From Octopus sinensis (Eukaryota), in the NCBI RefSeq assembly GCF_006345805.1, contig NC_043009.1:67394001-67458000 (forward strand): DNA of 64,000 nt. The letters run 5' to 3'. Below are positions 12,946-25,953 of the stretch, one piece after another; positions within the stretch are counted from its first letter, which is position 1; every line of letters begins with the position of its first letter. The position numbers and the translations under genes are program-made. Below the pieces are notes generated by a model, which was not told the origin of the DNA, ran no database searches, and worked only from the letters and a program-made list of their open reading frames with translations.

Positions 12946-13640
12946 CCGCAGCACCACCACCACCACCACCACCACCACAACCATCATTTAACACCCGTTT
13001 TATATCCTGACATGGGTTGGACACTGATTTTATATATTTTTTTTAGTTGATACATACCAGTTATTTTTTAAAATTTTTTCTTCAAATAAACCAATCTTGG
13101 GTGCTTTCTTTGATATACAATCTATACATAGATAAAAAAGAAAAGAAAAAAAAAGATCAAGATTTACAGCAATTCAAAGTAATTCTCTCTTTTTACGTGT
13201 AACATTGTGTGTTGAACTAATTACTCTAACGAGACAACTGATATATGTGCCGCCATCTGCTGGTGTCGAGTGTGACACGGTAACTGTGTGACAATTACCT
13301 CCCATCCACCACATGCTTTGTATTTTATTTTTGTTTGAGAAAATATTTGTAATCAGACTGCAAAACTGCATCTAGGGTTTCAGGTGAGCAAAAGGAGTTT
13401 TTAGGGACCTGTAACTCATTTGTCAAAGGATCGGTTATCTTTTTTGACACATGCTGCCATCTCCCTTGTCTATCTGTCTGTCTGTCTCTCCCTTCCTCTC
13501 TCTATTTCTCTCTCTCTCTCTCTCCTTCAGAAATAGTTAAGACAATTTCTCATGCTAATACGGGGGAGGGGGAATAAAAAGTAGAAAAAATAAAAAATAA
13601 AAACAAAAAGTTAAAATCCTTGATTTAAATGATCTAAGAT

Positions 13641-13871
13641 TAGTAGTTCTCAACTAGGGTCCATGTGACCCCTTAGGGCTCCAGATAAGATTTTATGTAC
13701 AGTAGATTGATTATGCACAAAATATTCTTACAATATTTTGAATTTAATTCCTATTAATATTATAAGAATATAATGGGATTTTTTAAAACTCCCTGAATGG
13801 CTTTGAGGGTCCAGTTGAATAAAACATGAATCAAAGGGGTTCAAAAGGTAAGAAATGGTTGAGAACCACTG
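13641..13871 (+). mobile_element. Old hAT-type MITE
   Basis: Ends TAGTAGTTCTCAAC...GTTGAGAACCACTG; TSD not preserved. Confidence 0.55.
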
Positions 13872-13900
13872 ACCCAAATTAAAATCTTTCAGAATTTCAC

Positions 13901-14340
13901 ATCATCATCATCATCGTTTAACGTCCGTTTTCCATGCTAGCATGGGTTGGACGGTTCAGCTGGGGTCTGGGAAGCCAGGGGCTGCGCCAGGCCCAGTCTG
14001 AGCTGGCAGTGTTTCTACAGCTGGATGTCCTTCCTAACGCCAACCACTCCGACAGTGTAGTGGGTGCTTTTTACGTGCCGCCGACACAGGTGCCAGACAA
14101 GGCTGGTAAACGGCCACGATCTGATGGTGCTTTTTACGTGCCACCGGCACGGGGGCCAGACGAGGCTGGCAACGGTCACAATCGAATGGTGCTTTTTATG
14201 TGCCACCAGCACGGAGGTCAGTTGGGGCATCGCTGGCAACGGCCACTTTCGGACGGTTCTCTTACGTGCACGTTCAGACGGTTCTCCTACATGCCACCGG
14301 CACTGGTATCTCAGCTACAATTTCCATTGATGTTGAAAGA
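13901..14340 (-). mobile_element. Family-C SINE (GGTTGGCGTTAGGAAGGGCATCCAGCTGTAGAAA core, (GAT)n tail, internal ~60-bp tandem units)
   Basis: Core motif on the minus strand. More than 20 further copies or fragments, e.g. 5165-5490, 6655-6950, 9540-9745, 16025-16260, 26527-26875, 31505-31811, 34500-34936, 44868-45060, 49050-49494, 52940-53140. Confidence 0.85.
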
Positions 14341-14892
14341 TTTCGATTTTGATTTTGATTCCAGACCCCAGCTTAATGATGAAGTTATTATTTTACTAAA
14401 TTCTCCATTATTTTTGAAATTAATTGAAACCCCAAAAGTGCATTTCTTTTGAAATATGGTAAGAAGTTCAAACTAAAATTTGGTCGCATTGATTCCACTT
14501 GTTTGAAAGGCAAAGCTTTCAGTATTTCTCCCTGCTGCTGACTAAAATATTAAAAAAAAACAAAAAAAAAACTGATATGTTTTTTTTTTTTACTCCTCCC
14601 CCACATACAATTAAATACAAAGTAAGGGCTAATATAAGTTCTGTTCCCTGCAGTTAATCAATATTAAAATTCTTCATGGTAGGGGTGGGACAGAGTAAGA
14701 TAACTAGTTCTCCGAATGTATAAGACACTTGGTGATGCTTGTTTGAGCAACATCTGTTGAAATGGAATGACCTAAAATAGTCTTTCTGTGTAATTAGTGC
14801 CTGGCTGTGAGCTTTTATTAGTCTTAATTTATTCAGCAGTTGAGTTGGCCAATCAACAGGAAACTAGACACACTCATGTTTGTGTGGATATA

Positions 14893-15255
14893 TTCTTTTA
14901 TTTGTTTCAGACGTTTGACTGCGGCCATGCTGGAGCACCACCTTTAGTTGAAAGAATCGACCCCCAGGACTTATTCTTTGTAAGCCCAATACATATTCTG
15001 TCCGGTTCTTTTGCCGAACTGCTAAGTTATGAGGATGTAAACACACTAACATCGGTTGTCAAGCAATGGTGGGGGGACAAACACAGACACACAAACATAT
15101 ACATACATACATACATGACAGGCTTCTTTCAGTTTCTGTCTACCAAATCCACTCAAGGCTTTGGTTGGCACGAGGCTATAGTAGAAGACACTTGCCCAAG
15201 GTGCCACGCAGTGGGACTGAACCCGGAACCATGTGATTGGGAAGGAAGCATTTTA
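14893..15255 (-). mobile_element. Family-A CORE-like SINE
   Basis: Near full-length reverse-complement match to 7364-7778. Confidence 0.8.
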
Positions 15256-15522
15256 CCACAAGCTATATGGGAGCCTCTACATGGTGACTCAACCTGCTAG
15301 AAATAGCAGCTGATTTTTCTCTTCTTATCTGTCTTCAAGTTGGAGGTGGTTATATGGTAAGAAGCTTTCTTTTCAACTGCATGGTTCCATGTTCAGCCCC
15401 ACTGAACGTCACCTTGGGCAAGTGTCTTCTATTATAGCCTTGGGCTGTCTAAAGCCACATGAGTGGATTTAGTAGATAGAAACTGAAAGAAGCCTGTTGT
15501 ATATATATATGTATGTATACAC

Positions 15523-15556
<34 letters not shown>

Positions 15557-16645
15557 CTTTGTGTCTGTGTTTGTCCCCTACTATCATTTGACAACTGGTG
15601 TTTATGTTCCTGTAACTTAGCAGTACGGCAAAAGAGATTGATGGACCAAATACCAGGTTTAGACAAAAGATTAGAACTGGAGTCGACTCATTCCTCTAAA
15701 AATTCTTGAAGGTGGTGCCCCAGCATGGCCACATTCTTATGACTGAAAGAAGCAGAAGATAGAAGAAAAAAAGATACCTTTGGAATTACAGAAGACGTGG
15801 GATGTGATGAGGCCAAAAATCAAAATATCAGGTTTGCTAGATAGGTACAGACTGTGCCAAAGCAGACAATGGAACATGGTGCCATCCCTTGGCTTACCAT
15901 CTCACAGACATTTGATGATGATGGTGGTGGTGGTGGTGGTGGCTGTTTCTTGAAAATTTAAGAGATGGATAGGCAGATATGGAGAGACTAAGTGCATTTG
16001 GAATCAATTGAAAGAGACCAGAGTTATTGATCATCATCATTATCATCATCATCATCGTTTAACATCCATTTTTCCATGCTAGCATGGGTTGGGCGGTTCG
16101 ACTGGGGTCTGGGAAGCCAGGAGGCTGCACCAGGCTCCAGTCTGATCTGGCAGTGTTTCTACAGCTGGATGCCCTTCCTAACGCCAACCACTCCAAGAGT
16201 GTAGTTGATACTTTTTACGTGCCACTGGCACAGGTGGCAGGGGAGGCTGGCAATGGCCGATGATAGAAAGTGAAAAGTGTATGTTGTTGTCTAGGCTCAG
16301 TTCTGTGAACTGACTGAACCAACCTATGATCAAAGGCATTCTAACCATGACCTTCCCGTTTTTTTATATCGATAATTACATTGTTCAAGGTGGTAGAGTG
16401 TTATTTCTAGCTGGTTGAACGATCATCACGTACAGGCCCCCTAATTGGCTGCTATTTCTAGCACGTCGGGTGACAGCATAGAGGTTCTTTCATTGGTTTG
16501 AAGGGAATGTTGAGCTGCGAGATTAAAAAGTCGGTTTACATTTCTTTCGGAATAACACGCTTCTCCCCGAGGGACCGACTTCTCCAGCATGGGGCCCCAG
16601 GATGAAACACTAGTCTCTACTTCATCACACACACACACACACACA

Positions 16646-16683
<38 letters not shown>

Positions 16684-17124
16684 AGACAATCAGATATCCA
16701 TCTTTAGTTGAATCTTGCTGACTCAGTTTCAGCTCAGCCCATCAATTCTGCTGACTCTTCATACGATTCTCCAAACCATTTCACACGCTCCATTACATCT
16801 CTCTCTCTCTTCTTCTTCTTCTTCTCCTCCTCCTCCTCCTCCTCTTTCTTCTTCTTCTTCTTTCATTTGTATTTATATGCCAAGTCATTATTGTCAGTTT
16901 TATGAAGGAAATTGTTTTTGTTGCTGTTGTTGTACTCACACAGGAAGGACTCTGCAGAAGGACTGTCGCAGATTTTTATTTCAGTAAAATGGAATGTTAG
17001 TCCCAGTTGTCATATGATGATGATGGTGGTGGTGATGATGATGATGACGTTGCTACCATTATTTTATTTCAAGTGTCAGAGATTTATATATATATTCATA
17101 TTTCTCTTGACCTCTTTCTTTCTC

Positions 17125-17139
17125 AGTGTGTGTGTGTGT

Positions 17140-17237
<98 letters not shown>

Positions 17238-17615
17238 TATATATATCCTTTAAGGTCGTGCTCCAGCATGGCTACAGTCAAGTGAATATATATATATATA
17301 TATATATTCTCTTATGTTTTTCAATCATTTGACTGCAACCATACTGGAGCACCACCTTATCAGGTTTTAGTCGAAGAAATCAACCCCAGGACTTATTCTT
17401 TGTAAGTCTGGTACTTATTGTATCAGTCTCTTTTGCCAAACTGCTAAGTTACAGGGACATAAACGCACCAACACCAATTGTCAAGCAATGATTGGGGGTG
17501 GGGGACAAACACACACACACACACACCACACACACACACACACAACACACACACACACACCACACACACACACATATCAAGTGATGCGGGGGAGACAAAG
17601 ACACACACATGTATG

Positions 17616-17699
<84 letters not shown>

Positions 17700-17949
17700 T
17701 GCACGTGCCTTCACATGCATGCATACATACAGGCACAGGCATGGCTGTGTGGTAAGAAGCTTGCTTTACAACCACATGGTTCCAAGTTCAGTCCCACTGT
17801 GTGACACCTTGGAGAAGTGTCTTCTTCTATAGCCTTGGGCTGCGTAAACCTGCAAATGGATTGGGTAGATGGAAACTGAATGAAGCCCATCATATATATG
17901 TGTGTGTGTGTGTGTTGTGTGTGTGTGTATATATATATATATTATATAT

Positions 17950-17988
<39 letters not shown>

Positions 17989-18245
17989 CCTTTAAGGTCG
18001 TGCTCCAGCATGGCTACAGTCAAGTGAATATATATATATATATATATTCTCTTATGTTTTTCAATCATTTGACTGCAACCATACTGGAGCACCACCTTAT
18101 CAGGTTTTAGTCGAAGAAATCAACCCCAGGACTTATTCTTTGTAAGTCTGGTACTTATTGTATCAGTCTCTTTTGCCAAACTGCTAAGTTACAGGGACAT
18201 AAACGCACCAACACCAATTGTCAAGCAATGATTGGGGGTGGGGGA

Positions 18246-18318
<73 letters not shown>

Positions 18319-18356
18319 CAAGTGATGCGGGGGAGACAAAGACACACACATGTATG

Positions 18357-18414
<58 letters not shown>

Positions 18415-18641
18415 CACACACACACACACCACACACACACACACACACATGCACGTGCCTTCACATGCATGCATACATACAGGCACAGGCATGGCTGTGT
18501 GGTAAGAAGCTTGCTTTACAACCACATGGTTCCAAGTTCAGTCCCACTGTGTGACACCTTGGAGAAGTGTCTTCTTCTATAGCCTTGGGCTGCGTAAACC
18601 TGCAAATGGATTGGGTAGATGGAAACTGAATGAAGCCCATC

Positions 18642-18660
<19 letters not shown>
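17125..18660. repeat. Recent ~742-bp tandem duplication of a SINE/microsatellite block
   Basis: TCCTTTAAGGTCGTGCTCCAGC at 17246 and 17988; non-microsatellite parts look identical. Confidence 0.9.
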
Positions 18661-18675
<15 letters not shown>

Positions 18676-19829
18676 TTGTCCCCCACCCCCAATCATTGCT
18701 TGACAATTGGTGTTGGTATGTTTACGTCCCTGTAACTTAGCAGTTTGGCAAAAGAGACTGATGCAATAAGTACCAGACTTACAAAGAATAAGTCCTGGGG
18801 TTGATTTCTTCAACTAAAGGCGGTGCTCCAGCATGGCCGCAGTCAAATGACTGAAACAAGTCAAAGAACAAAAGAATAAGGGGTCCATAGACAAGTAAGA
18901 TAGATATCAAAGGGGTCCATAGACAACAAACTTTTGAGTATTACTGGTATAACAGTATGGTGTGGTGGTGTTATAGGCTCAGACTTCTTTGAAGAGGTCA
19001 GACATGGATTAATAGCGAATTCTCGTGACTAAGTGTTCCTGTCTCACATTTCCTTTTCTCGGTATTAAACAGACGTGATATTAATACAGTATCAGATTTC
19101 TTGTCTAGTTTCTGGAAATCTGATATTTGTGGAAAGCTGAGAATATTTTGCAAAAAGAAAAGTTGAAGATTGCCTTCGACTGGGATTTTCAACCCAGTGT
19201 TTACATACTGTTGTTTATAGCATTATGCGCTTCAAGATCCAGTTCCTTGAAAGAATTAGTTCAACTGATTTTTAACATCAACATCATCATAATCATCTAA
19301 TGCCTGTTTTCCATGCTGGCAGGGGTTGGACGGTTTGATAGGAGCTGGGCAGCTACTCCAGACTCCACATCATCTGTTGTGGCATGGTTTCTACAGCTCG
19401 ATGCCCTTCCTAATGCCAACCACTTTACAGAGTGTCCTGGGTGCTTTTCACATGCCACCAGCACAGGTGTATTCACACAGCACTGGCATGAGTGCATTTT
19501 ACATGGCACCAGCACCTATAAAGGACCAGCCTGTATGTATGACAACATTTAAAATTGGTTTGACATGTCTTCTCAAGTACAGCAAATTGCCACGTCTCTC
19601 ATTTCATCAGTGAGGCCCAATTATGAAGAATTTAGTAAAACCACTTTGTCATTATGAAGTTGGTGTTTGGAACCTAAATTAACATAAGATTTTGGTGAAA
19701 GGTTTTAATTTAGATCCCTTTAAGACAGTAAGATTATATCATATCCCCAAGGGTGGTCTCAGTTGGCTTGGTATCAGGAGGGTTAGAGGCAAAGTGCTTG
19801 TCAAGAAACCATGCAACCCCAACGAACGT

Positions 19830-20350
19830 TTCTGCCAGCTCGCTGCCTTATTCTATCTTGCTGCTCCCACACCTTTCCTCCTTACTCCCTATCTATTTAT
19901 TGCTCAATCCCACTCATGATTACCACCTCCTTGTTACTCATAGCCCTTCCTGCCTCCATCCCTTGCCTCGCTACCACCTGTGCTGACCACACACACTCCA
20001 CTTCCCTCTCACCTCGCTTCTCTTCACAAGCCCCACACGGAAGAGGCTGTATTGTGTGAAACAGGAAGAAACAGCATTTGGATGATATTATTTTCAAGAC
20101 TAAATAAACAGCCTTGCTGTTATGTGTTACCTATTTAATTGTTTTTGGCACATATGGTTCTCTACATTCAGACAATGGAAGCCGTTGATATCCTACATTT
20201 TGGGTGGCCACAAGGTTGGCTGCCTTGATGCCATGGATCAGGTGCAGAGCGTGCTGGCATTGGTGGTATCTGAACTTGTCTCATACAGACACAGATCACC
20301 ACATTACTACCCAGCTGCGGACTTAGTGAACGGTCAATACGAGGAGTTGA
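19830..20350. mobile_element. Penelope-like retroelement remnant (decayed GIY-YIG C-terminal region on minus strand, pyrimidine-rich UTR-like part)
   Basis: Minus-strand broken frames CGDLCLYETS / QHALHLIHGIKAANLVATQ resemble the GIY-YIG segment CGxLYIGET...xxEHLxxI...PVAxHF. Heavily decayed. Confidence 0.4.
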
Positions 20351-21297
20351 AATGAAGTCTCTTAGTTTTCGTTTTATTTGTTTTATTTATTTGGATATAG
20401 TTTTTCAAGCATGGCTACAAGCACTTCTACTAGTGTTACTACGACTACTGCCGTTGGCATTATATAATATGTCGTTCACGGCAACAATGTGATAAGACTT
20501 AAGCATTTGTAATGGGTAGAACGATGTATGTGTGTGCAAAGTTGTGTATGCGTGATTATACACACGCGTATGCGTGTGCACACACACACACACACATTTG
20601 CACTTTGTGTGTGTGTGTATCCAAAGGTTGCATTTTTGTGTACTTTGCCCTACTCGAACACCCATAACTTACTATTAATCTTGTGTGTGTTTGTTTTTAT
20701 GTGTGTGTGTGTGTGTGAGAGAGAGGGTGACAGAGAGAGAGAAGTGGGGTGGGAGACAGCTTGACAGGCATAACATGAGTGAGAAGCCTAATGGTTTGTA
20801 CTGTTTAGGCAGTAGTATCATTATTAATAAGTATATAGAAGGAAATTTAGGTCTGAAATATTTTCGGTTCTTTATATATTTAATCTCGTTTCTGTTAAAA
20901 ATTACCATTTTTTTTTGATAATCATACAAATATGTTTTAATTATAGAAACCTTTTTATGAGAAAGGAATTTTTGAAAAATCATTTTTTTAGAGAGAAAAA
21001 TTGAGCCCTAATTAACAGTGGGGCCTCAGAGTAGCAGATTGATGGAACCCTTTGAGCGTTGGCTATAATGTTTTATTGTATACAGTTATGGACCTTTATG
21101 TTCAAAGCTTAAACCACTGAAGTCGATTATATCTTTCTGGGTTTCCTAAAATAAGTACTGGTCAAGCACTGATGGGTCAGTATAATTGAGTGTTCCTTCT
21201 CTCTGAAACTTCTGGTATTACACCCTATGTAAGAAAATATAAACAGGACAAAATTTCAAATTAAGTAAATTCACCAGGAATTTAAATAGACCAAACC

Positions 21298-21360
21298 ATG
21301 CGTAGATACACAGAACCAGTCATTGGCTACAGCTGGATCCCTATGAACCAACTCCCTAAA
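21298..21360 (+). CDS. Candidate alternative first coding exon MRRYTEPVIGYSWIPMNQLPK
   Basis: aaaccATG context, in-frame TAA upstream, exactly 21 codons then AAA|GTAAGC (phase 0), unique sequence. No homology recognised. Confidence 0.25.
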
Positions 21361-21539
21361 GTAAGCAACGTGGTTTTATATAATTTCTGTTACACTTATT
21401 CATGTGTTTCTTTCCTTTTTTTCTTTTTGTCCAACTCTTGGACTTACACACCAAAGGCAACAGCTTCGATTATTTTACTAACTTTGTTTTCCTTTAACCT
21501 TTCAACATTCAAATTATTCTGTCACATGTTATGCTCATA

Positions 21540-21720
21540 TATTCACATTGTTTTGAATTAGTCATGCATTGTCTTGTACCTTCAAGATTTCAATGGTGTG
21601 TTCATACATTTTGAGATTGGCATTGTAGGGGAGGTGTGAGAGGTTGGGTTTGGTCAGTTTTAACATAAAACAGGTAGAATATTTTGGCCAGATATAGCCA
21701 GTTTAAATGCCAAAGGTTTA
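21540..21720 (+). mobile_element. piggyBac-like MITE family P1, 5'-truncated
   Basis: Ends ...AGAATATTTTGGCCAGATATAGCCAGTTTAAATGCCAAAGGTTTAA; matches 44474-44697. Confidence 0.7.
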
Positions 21721-23280
21721 AGGTACTGACCAGTCTTTTAATTGTAAGTTTAATTGTTCGTGTATAAAATATATAGATTTATGCAGGTATAATCATCATC
21801 GTCATACGTCCGTTTTCCACGCTGGCATGGGTTGGACGGTTTGACTGAGGTCTGGAGAGCCAGCATGTGCACCAGGCTCCAATCTGATCTGGCAAGGTTT
21901 CTACAGCTGGATGCCTCTCCTAATGCTATGTATATATAAATGTATGTATATATCTATATATATACATTCGCCATGATTGATCGTTAGCCACTAAACCTTT
22001 TTTTATTTTCTCTTTCTGCTTATTTCTGTGTTCCTTTCTGTTGAAGAGCATAGACTCAAAACGTAAAGGACTTCTTCACTTCCTGAGTGGTAAACTAATA
22101 CATTTGTTTGTTGTTTACACACCCATCTTTGTCTTTTGTTTTTTTGTTTTTTTTTTGTAAATTCCAACTATATATATATAAAGATTATAGAGGTAGAATT
22201 TTAGATAATTATTTATCTAGCTCTTTAGTTTTGTTTCAGAGATTCATCAGGAATGAAATGAAAGTGCTAAATAAATAATTGTCCAAAATTTTGACTACCT
22301 CCTTTTTCTTATATAAAATATGTGCACTACTTCAAACAAGCTATACAAACATAAACACACACACACACACACACACGTATGTATGTATAAAAAGTATCTG
22401 GCATAACTACAGATCGACTTTGTTGCCTCATAACTTCCAGAAAAATTGATAATTTTTAATGAAACTTTCAACAAATAATTGCTTAGATCTTGTAGATTGA
22501 GTGTATGTAAAGATTTGTTGAAAAATATTTGATTTTGGGATGTGCTAGAAACAATACCCAGATCTCCCTTATATCACACATTTTCCTCTGAAATTATTAA
22601 CAATTTTTTCTTTTTAAACCCAAAATATTTCTCTTGTGGGTTTTAAGTGCATAGTGAAAAAACAGAAAAAAGCCAAAATCAGTCTGGTCTTGGGTTTGGG
22701 GGGGGTGGCGGGAGTGAAAAAAATTCATAAATTTTGAAAAATTTTTTCTTTTTCCATGAAAAGATATCTCCCATCACTCAGAAGAAAGAAAAATTGGTAA
22801 AAATCCCCGTCAGAATTTCCAATTTATGTGGACTGTCTGATCCGGAATTGCATTTTCCAGAAACCCCTCCTCCTGCTCCCTTCCAAACAATTTTACCTAC
22901 AAATTTTTTTTGTAATTGTAATCTATTCCATTTAAAAAGTATTTGTATAAAATTTCATTAAAAAATACCCATTTTCCTGAAAGTTATGAAGGGGAAAATG
23001 TTGGGGGGGGTCATGTGAATTTTATGAAAGTTCTTTCTCCAATGCCCGTGCCACAATGGAACCTTCTGCGTTCCGTCTATGGCAGTGAATGGTGAGTAAG
23101 ACTATCTTACTATGAAAATGTGGATGAGACAACCTTTTTGCTAGAAACAACAGTCCAAAATAATGTTGTCATGAATATGAAACCAGTGTCAAAGCTCTAA
23201 CAATGCGTATTAGTATGAAATGACCGAATTTAACTTTATGATAATGTTTTTAAAACTCATAGAGCTTTGGTTGTAAAAGC

Positions 23281-23530
23281 ATTGGGTTGGTGCATAATTA
23301 CTGCGGCTTTTTTTTCAACAACTTTTATTCAACAAAAACAATATTTGACAAAACCATCTTTAAATGATGGTCTGACCTGCCGCCAAGCAAATGGGAAGCA
23401 GTAATTGAAGTAGATGGTGAATATGCTCTGGAATAATCATTTAAAGATCTTTTTGTTATATGTTGTTATTGTTTTTGTTGAATAAAATTTGTTGTAAAAA
23501 AAGCTGCAATAATTATGCAATAACCCAATA
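23281..23530 (+). mobile_element. Mariner-derived MITE
   Basis: TIRs ATTGGGTTGGTGCATAATTACTGCGGCTTTTT / AAAAAGCTGCAATAATTATGCAATAACCCAAT; internal LPPSKWEAVIEVDGEYALE* resembles a mariner transposase C-terminus. Confidence 0.8.
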
Positions 23531-23603
23531 ATAAAATTTGGTAAATGTACATAGTGTAAAATGATTGGCAAGTGTGGAAAAAGTGCGGGGTTGGGAAGCC
23601 CCT

Positions 23604-25953
23604 TTAATCACTTTGCTTTTAATCCAGCCATATCCGGCCCCTAATATTTAATCCAGCCATATCCGGCCCCAAATATTTACCCAGCCATATCCGGCCCCAA
23701 ATATTTAATCCAGCCATATCCGGCCCCAAATATTTAATCCAGTCATATCCGGCCCCAAATATTTAATCCAGCCATATCCGGCCCCAAATATTTAATCCAG
23801 CCATATCCGGCCCCAAATATTTAATCCAGCCATATCCGGCCCCAAATATTTAATCCAGCCATATCCGGCCCCAAATATTTAATCCAGCCATATCCGGCCC
23901 CAAATATTTAATCCAGCCATATCCGGTCCCAAATATTTAATCCAGCCATATCTGGCCCCCAAATATTTAATCCAGCCATATCTGGCCCCCAAATATTTAA
24001 TCCAGCCATATCTGGCCCCTAAATATTTAATCCAGCCATATCCGGCCCCAAATATTTAATCCAGCCATATCCGGCCCCAATATTTAATCCAGCCATATCC
24101 GCCCCAAATATTTAATCCAGCCATATCCGGCCCCAAATATTAATCCAGCTATATCCGGCCCCAAATACTTAATCCAGCCATATCCGGCCCCAAATATTAA
24201 TCCAGCCATATCCGGCCCCAAATATTAATCCAGCCATATCCGGCCCCAAATATTTAATCCAGCCCTATCCGGCCCCAAATATTTAATCCAGCCATAACCG
24301 GCCCCAAATATTTAATCCAGCCATAACCGGCCCCAATATTTAATCCAGCCATAACCGGCCCCAAATATTTAATCCAACCATATCCGGCCCCAAATATTTA
24401 ATCCAGCCTTATCCGGCCCCAATATTTAATCCAGTCATATCCGGCCCCCAAATATTTAATCCAGCCATATCCGGCCCCAAATATTTAATCCAGCCATATC
24501 CGGCCCCAAATATTTAATCCAGCCATATCCGGCCCCAAATATTTAATCCAGCCATATCCGGCCCCAAATATTTAATCCAGCCATATCCGGTCCCAAATAT
24601 TTAATCCAGCCATATCTGGCCCCCAAATATTTAATCCAGCCATATCTGGCCCCCAAATATTTAATCCAGCCATATCTGGCCCCTAAATATTTAATCCAGC
24701 CATATCCGGCCCCAAATATTTAATCCAGCCATATCCGGCCCCAATATTTAATCCAGCCATATCCGCCCCAAATATTTAATCCAGCCATATCCGGCCCCAA
24801 ATATTAATCCAGCTATATCCGGCCCCAAATACTTAATCCAGCCATATCCGGCCCCAAATATTAATCCAGCCATATCCGGCCCCAAATATTAATCCAGCCA
24901 TATCCGGCCCCAAATATTTAATCCAGCCCTATCCGGCCCCAAATATTTAATCCAGCCATAACCGGCCCCAAATATTTAATCCAGCCATAACCGGCCCCAA
25001 TATTTAATCCAGCCATAACCGGCCCCAAATATTTAATCCAACCATATCCGGCCCCAAATATTTAATCCAGCCTTATCCGGCCCCAATATTTAATCCAGTC
25101 ATATCCGGCCCCCAAATATTTAATCCAGCCATATCCGGCCCCAAATATTTAATCCAGCCATATCCGGCCCCAAATATTTAATCCAGCCATATCCGGCCCC
25201 AAATATTTAATCCAGCCATATCCGGCCCCAAATATTTAATCCAGCCATATCCGGTCCCAAATATTTAATCCAGCCATATCTGGCCCCCAAATATTTAATC
25301 CAGCCATATCTGGCCCCCAAATATTTAATCCAGCCATATCTGGCCCCTAAATATTTAATCCAGCCATATCCGGCCCCAAATATTTAATCCAGCCATATCC
25401 GGCCCCAAATATTTAATCCAGCCATATCCGGCCCCAAATATTTAATCCAGCCATATCCGGCCCCAAATATTAATCCAGCTATATCCGGCCCCAAATACTT
25501 AATCCAGCCATATCCGGCCCCAAATATTTAATCCAGCCATATCCGGCCCCAAATATTTAATCCAGCCATATCCGGCCCCAAATATTTAATCCAGCCCTAT
25601 CCGGCCCCAAATATTTAATCCAGCCATAACCGGCCCCAAATATTTAATCCAGCCATAACCGGCCCCAAATATTTAATCCAGCCATATCCGGTCCCAAATA
25701 TTTAATCCAACCATATCCGGCCCCAAATATTTAATCCAGCCTTATCCGGCCCCCAATATTTAATCCAGTCATATCCGGCCCCCAAATAGGTGTGAGAAAC
25801 TGTCCAGGTCCAGCTTCTCACACCTACTTTAATCTAAAAATAAGCGAATCACTTCAAACATTTGAAGCTACAAGATATTTCATGATTCATTCCAAACATT
25901 GTGAATAAATAAGCATTAGATTTGACAGAATAATCTGAATGCCAAGGGGTTAA
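23604..25953 (-). mobile_element. piggyBac-like MITE P1 hosting the satellite
   Basis: TTAA at 23604-23607 followed by a decayed end; 25810-25953 matches the reverse complement of the P1 body and ends GCCAAGGGGTTAA. Confidence 0.8.
23618..25788. repeat. Satellite array of a 29-bp monomer (AATCCAGCCATATCCGGCCCCAAATATTT), about 75 copies, with a ~664-bp higher-order repeat
   Basis: Direct reading. Variant CCGGTCCC at 23923, 24587, 25251; variant CCAGCT at 24145, 24809, 25475. Confidence 0.97.

Noticed and set aside
19097-19132. miRNA-like hairpin TATCAGATTTC...GAAATCTGATA
   Set aside because: Only 11 perfect pairs, AT-rich with a 14-nt loop; too weak without expression data.
20034-20065. Active hammerhead in the Penelope relic
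   Set aside because: The core reads CGGAAGA and stem II cannot pair.
23035-23100. Possible exon ending at GTGAGT
   Set aside because: No polypyrimidine acceptor, and it lies among DNA-transposon remnants.
23618-25788. CRISPR-like array
   Set aside because: Monomers abut directly with no unique spacers, there are no cas genes, and the context is eukaryotic.
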